From NCBI GenBank assembly GCA_963815215.1, contig CAWFFU010000010.1:224001-288000 (forward strand): DNA of 64,000 bases, written 5' to 3'. The translations under genes and the position numbers were made by a program. Source of the DNA: an uncultured Trueperaceae bacterium. Its GTDB lineage: Bacteria > Deinococcota > Deinococci > Deinococcales > Trueperaceae. Below the pieces are notes generated by a model, which was not told where the DNA came from, did not search any database, and was given only the letters and a program-made list of their open reading frames with translations. Positions 1-7,978 of the stretch are shown here, in pieces (the stretch's first letter is position 1; each line of letters begins with the position of its first letter).

Positions 1-51
1 AGAGCAGCCCGGTTCCCGCCCGCTCGGCGTGCTCCCGGCGTTGGAGGAGCG

Positions 52-477
52 ATGCCCGGCCGTGGCCGTACTGAACCTCACGCCCCGCAACAGGCGGCGC
101 CCTCTCCACGGGGAGGCTCCCCGCAGAGGGAGCGCGCCGCCTTGGCCGTGAAGATGGTGCACAGCGCGCTGGTGTTCGTCATGGCGGCCGCCGCCATCAC
201 CGTGCTGGTCGACGGTCTCACCGGTCGGCGCGATACGTGGCTGGTGATGGCGCTGGCGGTCATCGGGGTCGAAGGGCTGATCTACGCCGGCAGCGGTCTG
301 CGCTGCCCGCTCACCCTGCTGGCCCGCAGGCTCGGCGACGCCACGGGTCACGATTGGCTGTTCGAGCGGCTCTTGCCGGAGGCCTACGTGCTCCGAGTAG
401 CGCCGTTCTTCGCATGGGTGACGCTTCTCGGGCTGCTCGCCATGGGGTTCCGATGGCTCCTGCGGCTGCCGGCGTGA
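52..477 (+). CDS. small membrane protein with CPLT motif (DUF2784-like, tentative)
   Basis: GGAGGAG before ATG 52; three hydrophobic segments; LRCPLTLLARRL motif. Confidence 0.6.
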   Translation: MPGRGRTEPHAPQQAAPSPRGGSPQRERAALAVKMVHSALVFVMAAAAITVLVDGLTGRRDTWLVMALAVIGVEGLIYAGSGLRCPLTLLARRLGDATGHDWLFERLLPEAYVLRVAPFFAWVTLLGLLAMGFRWLLRLPA

Positions 478-578
478 CGACCGGCCGCGGCCGGGCCCGT
501 TCGGCCGGGGCCTGCGAAGGTTTCATGGTCGGAAAGCATGTTTATTGAAGAGAAACAAGCGATGACGTAGACTGTGGC

Positions 579-1499
579 ATGCGGACGCTCCCAGACGACG
601 ATACTGGCGGGGTCGCCGGTTCCGACCCGGACCGCGAGGGTGGTGCCGATCGACAGGCCTCGGGGGATGGCGCCGCCGGCCGCTACCGCATCCAGGCGCT
701 GGACCGCGCTCTCGGCATCCTGGCCCTGGTCGGACGGCGGCCGGACCTGGGGTTGCAGGCGCTGGCCGAGCGCTCGGGTACCAGCGTCAGCCAGGTGCTG
801 AAGATCCTGGCCACCCTCGAAGGGCACGGCCTGGTGGCCAAGGGCGCGGACAAGACCTACCGGTTGGGGTACGGAGCGATGCGACTGGGCCACCTGGCGG
901 CGCGACTGCAACCGGTGGTCGGGGTTGCGGCGCTGGTGCTCGACGAGCTGCGCGAGGAGACCGGTGAGAGCATCCACCTGGTGGTGCGCGACGGGCTCGA
1001 CGCGGTGATCGCCGACGTGCGCGAGTCCTCGAAGACGGTGCGTGTGGTGTCGCCGGTGGGGGAGCGAACCCGCCTGAATGCCGGCAGCGCCGGCAAGCTC
1101 TTCCTGGCCCACGGCTCGCGCGAGCTGATGGCTTGGCTGGTGAGCGAGCCGATGCCCGCCTACACCGAGCTCAGCGAGACCGATCCCGAGTTGCTCCGCA
1201 TCGACGTCGATCGCGCGAGGCGGCAGGGCGTGTGCGTAGCGATCGGCGACTTCGAGGACGGCGCGTTCTCGGTAGCGGCGCCGGTGTTCGAGGAACCCGG
1301 CCGCATGGTGGCCGCGATCGCGCTGGCCGGACCGCTCAGCCGCTTCGACAGTGGCATCGAACGACGCTACCGCGCGGCCGTCAAGCGTGCGGCCTCGACC
1401 GTGGGGGCGCGCCTGGGCGCGCCGGCGGCCGACACTGCGGCCGCCGAGGCCGCCGAGGCCGCCGGCGTCGCCCCCGTCCCGACCGCTAGCTCGACCTAG
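579..1499 (+). CDS. IclR family transcriptional regulator
   Basis: N-terminal HTH (IQALDRALGIL...YRLG); IclR effector domain (ETGESIHL, SAGKLFLA, SVAAPVF). Confidence 0.93.
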   Translation: MRTLPDDDTGGVAGSDPDREGGADRQASGDGAAGRYRIQALDRALGILALVGRRPDLGLQALAERSGTSVSQVLKILATLEGHGLVAKGADKTYRLGYGAMRLGHLAARLQPVVGVAALVLDELREETGESIHLVVRDGLDAVIADVRESSKTVRVVSPVGERTRLNAGSAGKLFLAHGSRELMAWLVSEPMPAYTELSETDPELLRIDVDRARRQGVCVAIGDFEDGAFSVAAPVFEEPGRMVAAIALAGPLSRFDSGIERRYRAAVKRAASTVGARLGAPAADTAAAEAAEAAGVAPVPTASST

Positions 1500-1531
1500 C
1501 CGTGCGCGCGCCGCAGCGCGCGCACGCTCCG

Positions 1532-2212
1532 CTAGCGCAACGTGCTTGGCAGGTAGACCATGTCCACGGGGATGAGCACACCGTTGCCGAGCACCACCGA
1601 CTGCCCGACCAGGTAGGGCTCCCAGGCGGGTTGCATGGTGGTCGGGCCGACCCTGACCTTGACGCGGCCCGGTCCCGTCGTGAAGCGCCCGAACGTGAGC
1701 TCGAGCTCCGTTCCGGCGAGGGTGGGAAGGCTCAGGCGACCGGTCGCCGGGACGGAGCGAGCCTGCAGGTCCGCGCTGGTGTAGCGCCCCTCCACCATCA
1801 CGTTGTGGAGGAGCTCGGTCAGCTTGGCGGGCTGGGTCATGAGCACCCGGAACGCCGTGCTGCCCATCAATTTGGCGAGCTCGGCGAAGCCGGCGTCGTT
1901 GGGCGCGAACAGCGTGACCGGGCCGCCTTCCCGGAGGGACTTGTCGATTCCGGTGGCGAGCAGAGCGACCTTGAGGCAGTTGTAGCTCTCGGTGCGCTGG
2001 GCGCTGCTGTGGTAGCAGGTCGGGTTCAGCGTGCGTGCCGAGTGATCGACGATGTACTGCCACAGGGTGCCGGTGGTGGTGGTGAACTCCGACGGCAGGA
2101 TGGTGCTGGCTGCCAGGGCGGCGCCGCCGCTCACGAGCACGAGCGCGGTGACGAGGCGGGCCATGCCTTGGCGCCAGGACGCGGCGCGCGTACGGTGGGG
2201 GACATGGTTCAT
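1532..2212 (-). CDS. secreted fasciclin (FAS1) domain protein
   Basis: Start re-set to ATG 2212 (AGGAGAGG upstream); signal-like segment; H1 motif VTLFAPNDAGF and H2 motif GNGVLIPVDMVYLP. Confidence 0.85.
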   Translation of the reverse strand: MNHVPHRTRAASWRQGMARLVTALVLVSGGAALAASTILPSEFTTTTGTLWQYIVDHSARTLNPTCYHSSAQRTESYNCLKVALLATGIDKSLREGGPVTLFAPNDAGFAELAKLMGSTAFRVLMTQPAKLTELLHNVMVEGRYTSADLQARSVPATGRLSLPTLAGTELELTFGRFTTGPGRVKVRVGPTTMQPAWEPYLVGQSVVLGNGVLIPVDMVYLPSTLR

Positions 2213-2800
2213 GCGGTCAACCTCTCCTGGATGAAGCGTCGCCCAAGCGCGGGCGCGAAGGTTACGTCGAGTCGATGGGGTGCTCGGGCGGGGAGAGCCC
2301 GGCAGGAGCGAACGCGTGCAGTCTTGCCCAGACTCTACGAACAACAGATGAGTCCAGCCTAAACCTTCCGTGCCGGAGCCTTCACGACCCGGCGCCGTGC
2401 GCCTGCCCGGCACGGATAGGCCCGTGGCCGGGGGCCACGGGCCGGGACAGGGGGACGGCCTCGACGGCGCGGATCGGAGGGCGCCGAAGGCCTCTTCGAA
2501 CGCGGGAGCTCGGGGCGCCGCCGCTCGAGAGGGATGCCGGGGAACGGCGTCGGCGCCGCGGGGAATCGCGGCGCACCCTCGTTGCGGCGCAGGTGCGGCC
2601 CGAGGCCGCGACCCCGGCAGGATAGGGCGACGCCATGAGAGGCGTCTCCCGAGCGGCATGAGAAGTGCGCGGTTCCACGGGAGCCCCGGCAGGGTGAGAA
2701 TTCCTCTGCGCGGCAACGGGCGACCTGCTACCGTTGGGGTGCGGACAAGGCTCGTGGCGCGCCACCACGGTGGCGCCGTTCGAGGGATGCGGGAGGTCCC

Positions 2801-3991
2801 GTGCGCCTGCTCCATCTCGCCGACCTGCACCTAGGCTGGCGGCCGTCCGGTTGGCCCGCAGAGCGGGCGGCCGAGCGTCGTCGGCGCAGGGACGGTGTGC
2901 TCGAACGTGCTGTGGATGTGGCGTTGGCCGAGGGCGCGCACCTCGTCATCGTGGCCGGTGACCTGTTCGACACCTTCGACCCCGACCCTGACTGCGTCGA
3001 GGCGGCGCTGGGACAGTTGCGCCGGCTCGAGGACCACGGCGTGCTCGTGGTCACCGTGCCGGGCAACCACGACGAGATCACCTACGGCGCCAGCGTCTAC
3101 CGGCGCCAACGCGACGGCTGGCCGGGGCTGCTGGTCGCGGAGCCCGCGCCCGCCCATCTCGCTACGGTGGAGCTGGCGGGCGAGACCGTGCACCTGTACG
3201 GCATGGCGTACAGCGGCGGGGCCGCGGTCGGGGGTCCGCCGGTCCGCGACTTCCCGCGGCTCGAGCAACCGGGCGTGCACATCGCAGCGTTCCACGGCGC
3301 GCTCGGCGTTGCCGGCGGCGGGGTCCGCACGCTCTCGCTCGACGAGGAGGGCCTCGCCGCCGCGCGCTACCACTACGTAGCCATGGGCTCGCTCCACGAC
3401 CCGCTGCAACACCGCTTCCCGGCCGGGCCCGCCGTCTACCCGGGATCGCCCGAGGCCATGGGCTTCGGCGACGGGGGGTGCGGGGCCGTCACGCTGGCGG
3501 GATGGACCGGCGAGGGTATGCAGGTACAGGGCGTGGCCGTGCCGGTGCAGCCGGTCCGGGACGCCCGGCTCGACCTCACCCCGGTCGACGACATCGCCGA
3601 GGTGGATGCCTTCATCGCCGAGCGGGCCGACCCCGACGCGGTGCAGCGGGTGCGCCTCGGGGGCACGCTGTGGCTGCCGGACCTCGACGCCGCCGCGCTC
3701 GAGGAGCGCCATGCCGAGGACTTCTTCCACCTCGAAGTGCGCGACGAGGTCGACGGTCTGGCGCCTGAGCTACTGCAGCGCTGGGCACAGGAGGCCAGCG
3801 TGCGCGGCGCCTTCGTGGCGCGCATGCTCGAGCGCACGGAGGCAGCCGGTGAGGGCGGACGCGAGCGCCTGGCTCGCAGCGTGCGCTGGGGGATCGCCGC
3901 TCTGGGCGACGGGCCCCCGCCCGGCGGGGAGCGCAGGCCGCCGGCGCCCGAGCGTTCGCTCGACGGCGGTTCCGCGGGAGGACCGGTGTGA
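2801..3991 (+). CDS. SbcD/Mre11-like (YhaO-type) DNA repair metallophosphoesterase/nuclease
   Basis: HLADLHLG, AGDLFD, PGNHD, FHG and YPGSPE motifs; GGAGG RBS. Confidence 0.9.
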   Translation: MRLLHLADLHLGWRPSGWPAERAAERRRRRDGVLERAVDVALAEGAHLVIVAGDLFDTFDPDPDCVEAALGQLRRLEDHGVLVVTVPGNHDEITYGASVYRRQRDGWPGLLVAEPAPAHLATVELAGETVHLYGMAYSGGAAVGGPPVRDFPRLEQPGVHIAAFHGALGVAGGGVRTLSLDEEGLAAARYHYVAMGSLHDPLQHRFPAGPAVYPGSPEAMGFGDGGCGAVTLAGWTGEGMQVQGVAVPVQPVRDARLDLTPVDDIAEVDAFIAERADPDAVQRVRLGGTLWLPDLDAAALEERHAEDFFHLEVRDEVDGLAPELLQRWAQEASVRGAFVARMLERTEAAGEGGRERLARSVRWGIAALGDGPPPGGERRPPAPERSLDGGSAGGPV

Positions 3992-6900
3992 GCCGGCGCG
4001 GCCGTTCCCGTGCGGGCTCGGGCCGCACCGACCCGACCCGGCCCGGGCGGCACGCGGTCGGGGTGCTGTGGGAGCGCCTCGAGCTCCCCGCGACCTGGAC
4101 GCTGGAGGCACGGTCGCTGCGCTTCCCCGAAGGGCTGGCCACACTGGTGCGTCCCAACGAGTGGGGCAAGTCCAGCGTGGTGCGCGGCCTGACCGACGTG
4201 CTGTTCGGACCTGTCGCCGATGAGGCGGATCGGTCCGGCGGCAGCGGACGGCTCACCTTCGTGGGCGTCGACGGGGTCCGCTACCGCTTGGAGCGCGATC
4301 TGGCGGGGGGTGCTGCCGAGCTGCTGAGCGAATCCGGCGAAGTGGACGGCACCGCGGCGGAGGCCGGCCCGGAAGAGGAACCGGAGGCGACCTCCTGGCA
4401 ACCGGTCGACGGCGCCGAGGGGGAGGGACTCCGGGAGACGCTGGCGCGCGTGCTCGGGCTGCCGGAGCGCGATGCCTTCGTCCAGAGCTTCTGCGTGACC
4501 CAGCCGCTGCCCCGTCCCGAGCGCCTCAGCGCCGAGGTGCAGCGGCTGTTGGTCGGCTCGGGGAGAGGCAGCGTCGAACGCGCGTTGTCCCGGCTGGAGG
4601 AGGAGGTCGCCGCCCGGACCAGCAACGCCCGTTCCTGGGGCCTGACCGACGGTATCGAGGACGGTATCGAGGACGGTGAGCTGGAGCGCTGTGACGCCCG
4701 CCTGGCCGCCGTCGAGCGCAGCATCGAGGACGGCCGAGAGGCGGTCGACGGAGCTCAGGAGACGGCGCGCGCGCTGGCCGATGCCGAGGCCCGGCGCGGC
4801 CTGCATCAGGAGGAGGCAGTGCGCCTGGAAGGCGAGGTCGAGCGACTGCGGAGCTACCTGGTGCGGCGGCGCGCTCACGATGAGCGCGCCGAGGCGGGCC
4901 GCGCCGCGGCGCAGACGCTGGCCCGGGCGGAGGCCCTGCAGGCCGACGCGAGCCGCGCTCACGCGCGCGTGAGCGCGGTGTGGCCGGAGCTGGCCGACGC
5001 TCCGGACGACGGCGAGGCCCGGCTGGCGGCGCTCATGGTCGCCGAACGGACCTACCTCGAGGCCAGGGCGGCGTCGCAGAACGCCGAGCGGACGCGCGAG
5101 TCGGTGCAGCGCGCCGCCGCCGAGCGCTCTCGCGAGCTCGAGCGGCACGTCGCTCGCGCGCCCTTCCATGACGACGACGAGGGACTCACGATCGCGGCCG
5201 TGCGGGAGCTGCGCGCCGCCGCCGAGCAGGCGGTCACCGACTGGCGCGCCTTCCTGCGGCGTGAGACGGGGGTTTCGGAGGCGCGCTCCGGCCTGCGCCC
5301 CTACGCCCTGCTGGCGCTGGCGCCCGAGCAAGACCGGGCGTTGCTGCGGCGCTACGACTACGAGGCGGAGGCGCGTGTCCGCGCCGTGGAGGGGCTGGAG
5401 GTCGCCGTGCGCGAGGCACGGGCGGAGCGTCGCCGGCTGCTCGTCCCCGACCCGGAGCTGCCCAACGAACTGGAGGCCGACGCCCTGCGCAGCGCGCTGG
5501 CGTCGCGGTCCCGCCGCGGGCGCGCGGTCCTGGCGCAGCTGGGCTCCGCGTCGCTGCTGGGGTTGGCGGTCTACTGGGTGGCCAGCCAGGGCCTGACGGA
5601 CGGGCTCTCCGGCGGCCTCGCGTTGCTGGTGGCCGTCGGCGTCGGCGTACTTCTGCGGCCGCCCGGCATCGCGGGCTCGAGCGGCCGACGCTTCCGGGGT
5701 CGCAACCGGGCCGAGCTCGAGTTGTTGCTGTCGCGCTACGACGCCTGGCAGAAGCAGCCTGCGCCCACGCGGCGCGACGTGCTACGGCTGGAGAACGAGA
5801 TGGAGGCGGCAAGGGACCAGCTCCGTGCCTTCCAGCGCCGGATGCAGCCCTACCAGGAGGCGTACCCCGAGCCGGGGTCGGCCTTCGACGCCTTCCGGGA
5901 CGCCCAACGCACGCTGCTTCAGCGCGAGGAGGTGCACCGTGAACTCGGCATCCGAACCTTCGGGGTGGCGCCCGAAGCGGTGAAAGCGCGCTCGCCGCTG
6001 GAGATGCCCGCGCCCTGGCCGCGGCTGGCGGCGTTCGCCGCGGCGCGCGGCGGGCGCGCGCAGAGCGTGGCCGAGTTGTGTGGCTTCCTGGAGGACGCCG
6101 CCGGCGCGTCCTGGGATGACGTGCTGCAGGCGGCCGAGGGACGCGACCGGGCGCGGCGCGCCTTCCGGGCCGAACGCGAGCGGCTGCGGCACGACGTGGC
6201 GGTGGCCGAGACGGTGCTGGAGGAGCGAGAGGCGACCGCGACCCGGCTCCGGGTCGAGCTCCAGGCGGCTGAGGCGTCCCGTGAGGAGCACATGGCTCCG
6301 ATGGCGATGCTGTTGGACCGCACTGGCGGCGACGCCGACGAGCTGCTGCGCCGCTGGCGCGAGCGTGATCAGGCGGTCCAGGAAGCCGAGAGGTCCTTCG
6401 ACGCGCTGGCGTCGTTGCTCGATGCCGCTGACTGCGAGTCGCTCGAGGCCCTGAAGGAGCGCGTGGCGCACCGTGAGGCCGAGGCGGCGGAGGAGTGGCG
6501 GGCGCTCCAGGCGCTGGTCGCCGGTGAGCCCGCGCTGCCGGCGGCGGGCGAGCCGATCGACCGCTCGCACCTGCTCGACCGGCTCGAGGCGCTCGAGGAC
6601 AGGGTGGGCTTCGAACGCTCCGCGCGGCAGGCGGTGGAGGCCGAGGTGTACGAGCGCACGCGCGAGCTGGCTGCGCTGCAGGCGAAGCCGGTGGTCAACC
6701 TGGCGAAGGCGTGGGCCGAGCGTGCGGCGCTGTCGAGGACGCGTCGGGCGCTGGCAGCCGAGATCGAGGCGCTCGTCACCGCGCACACCGAGTTGCGGGC
6801 CTCGGTTCGCGATTTCCAGGGAAGCTACCGGGAGCGCCTGGAGCGCCTGGCGTCGCGACATCTCGCGGCCCTGACCGAGCAAGAGGGTCGTGGCGTGCGC

Positions 6901-7200
6901 CTTCTCGACGATTTCGGCGTACGTGTGGTCGAGGCCGACGGGCGTGTGCTGGCGCCCGAGCGCTTGAGTCAGGGCACGCAGGACCAGCTCGCGCTGGCGC
7001 TGCGGATCGCCATCGCCGACCACGTGACCGACGACGTCCGTCTGCCCCTCGTGCTCGACGATCCGTTCCTGCACTGGGATGCGGCGCGGCGCGAGCGAGC
7101 CCGGGTGGCGCTCGCGCGTGTGGCGCGGGAGCGCCAGGTCGTCCTGCTGAGCCACGACGCCGCGTTCGAGACGTGGGGCCAGGCGGTCACCGTCGAGTAG
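3988..7200 (+). CDS. SbcC/Rad50-like (YhaN-type) coiled-coil ATPase with central hydrophobic hairpin
   Basis: Walker A-like PNEWGKSS, long coiled coil, signature LSQGTQDQ, Walker B LVLDDPF, H-loop LLSH; GTGA overlap with upstream nuclease gene. Confidence 0.88.
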   Translation: MSRRGRSRAGSGRTDPTRPGRHAVGVLWERLELPATWTLEARSLRFPEGLATLVRPNEWGKSSVVRGLTDVLFGPVADEADRSGGSGRLTFVGVDGVRYRLERDLAGGAAELLSESGEVDGTAAEAGPEEEPEATSWQPVDGAEGEGLRETLARVLGLPERDAFVQSFCVTQPLPRPERLSAEVQRLLVGSGRGSVERALSRLEEEVAARTSNARSWGLTDGIEDGIEDGELERCDARLAAVERSIEDGREAVDGAQETARALADAEARRGLHQEEAVRLEGEVERLRSYLVRRRAHDERAEAGRAAAQTLARAEALQADASRAHARVSAVWPELADAPDDGEARLAALMVAERTYLEARAASQNAERTRESVQRAAAERSRELERHVARAPFHDDDEGLTIAAVRELRAAAEQAVTDWRAFLRRETGVSEARSGLRPYALLALAPEQDRALLRRYDYEAEARVRAVEGLEVAVREARAERRRLLVPDPELPNELEADALRSALASRSRRGRAVLAQLGSASLLGLAVYWVASQGLTDGLSGGLALLVAVGVGVLLRPPGIAGSSGRRFRGRNRAELELLLSRYDAWQKQPAPTRRDVLRLENEMEAARDQLRAFQRRMQPYQEAYPEPGSAFDAFRDAQRTLLQREEVHRELGIRTFGVAPEAVKARSPLEMPAPWPRLAAFAAARGGRAQSVAELCGFLEDAAGASWDDVLQAAEGRDRARRAFRAERERLRHDVAVAETVLEEREATATRLRVELQAAEASREEHMAPMAMLLDRTGGDADELLRRWRERDQAVQEAERSFDALASLLDAADCESLEALKERVAHREAEAAEEWRALQALVAGEPALPAAGEPIDRSHLLDRLEALEDRVGFERSARQAVEAEVYERTRELAALQAKPVVNLAKAWAERAALSRTRRALAAEIEALVTAHTELRASVRDFQGSYRERLERLASRHLAALTEQEGRGVRLLDDFGVRVVEADGRVLAPERLSQGTQDQLALALRIAIADHVTDDVRLPLVLDDPFLHWDAARRERARVALARVARERQVVLLSHDAAFETWGQAVTVE

Positions 7201-7419
7201 CGGTACCCTCGGCGACGCCCTATACCGTGGTGCGTGGTGGTATCAGCAACCCTGACCTCGACCGTTCCGCGAGCGCTTGGGCCGCAACCCAGGGCATTTC
7301 CGGGAGATCGAGACGGTGTGCGCGATTCCTTGTGAAGCGCCGCACGGTTCGCTAGACTTGTACCGGTCCACTCCCCCCAAGCACAACACCCAAGACACCG
7401 TGGATCTAGGAGACGTTGG

Positions 7420-7797
7420 ATGTCCCAGTCAGAAGTGAAAGTTCTGGTACCCCAGGAGCGTGTCGCAGAGTTCTACCGCATGGTGGGGGTGTGGTTGGAC
7501 CGCGACCGCGGCGGCCAGCGGGCCGAGCCGAGTCTCTCGCCGAAGAGTCGCTACGCCCCCTTGCAGGAGCATCTCGAGGGCGTCGGCCGGGAGCGCAAGA
7601 AGGTCGGTCTGCGCTTCGACGAGATCAGCAAGGTGCTCGGCAAGCCGCTGCCCAGATCGGCCTTCGCTCACCGCGCATGGTGGGCGAACACCCGCTCGCA
7701 CGCCCAGGCACTCGCCTGGTTGTCGGCGGGGTGGAAGGTCGAGCACGTCGACCTGACCGGCAAGGCGGTCGATTTCGTGCGCCCCGGCAAGGCGTGA
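7420..7797 (+). CDS. conserved hypothetical protein (RYAPL...LPRSA...WWAN...AWLSAGW domain; DUF7662-like, tentative)
   Basis: AGGAG RBS; recognisable Trp-rich conserved pattern. Confidence 0.75.
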   Translation: MSQSEVKVLVPQERVAEFYRMVGVWLDRDRGGQRAEPSLSPKSRYAPLQEHLEGVGRERKKVGLRFDEISKVLGKPLPRSAFAHRAWWANTRSHAQALAWLSAGWKVEHVDLTGKAVDFVRPGKA

Positions 7798-7978
7798 GCG
7801 GCAGGTACGAGCGCCGCCGCTAGGCGGCACCACTCGAGCGGGCTCCTGTCGAGCGAGCCCCGGAGCATGGCGGCCACCGGCCGCACCGCATGGAGGAGAT
7901 GGAGACCCCCGAGGAGGAACCCTCCGCGGGGGTCTCGTGGTCGGGGGTGGCGCACTCCGCGCGCCCGGGAAGGGGCCC

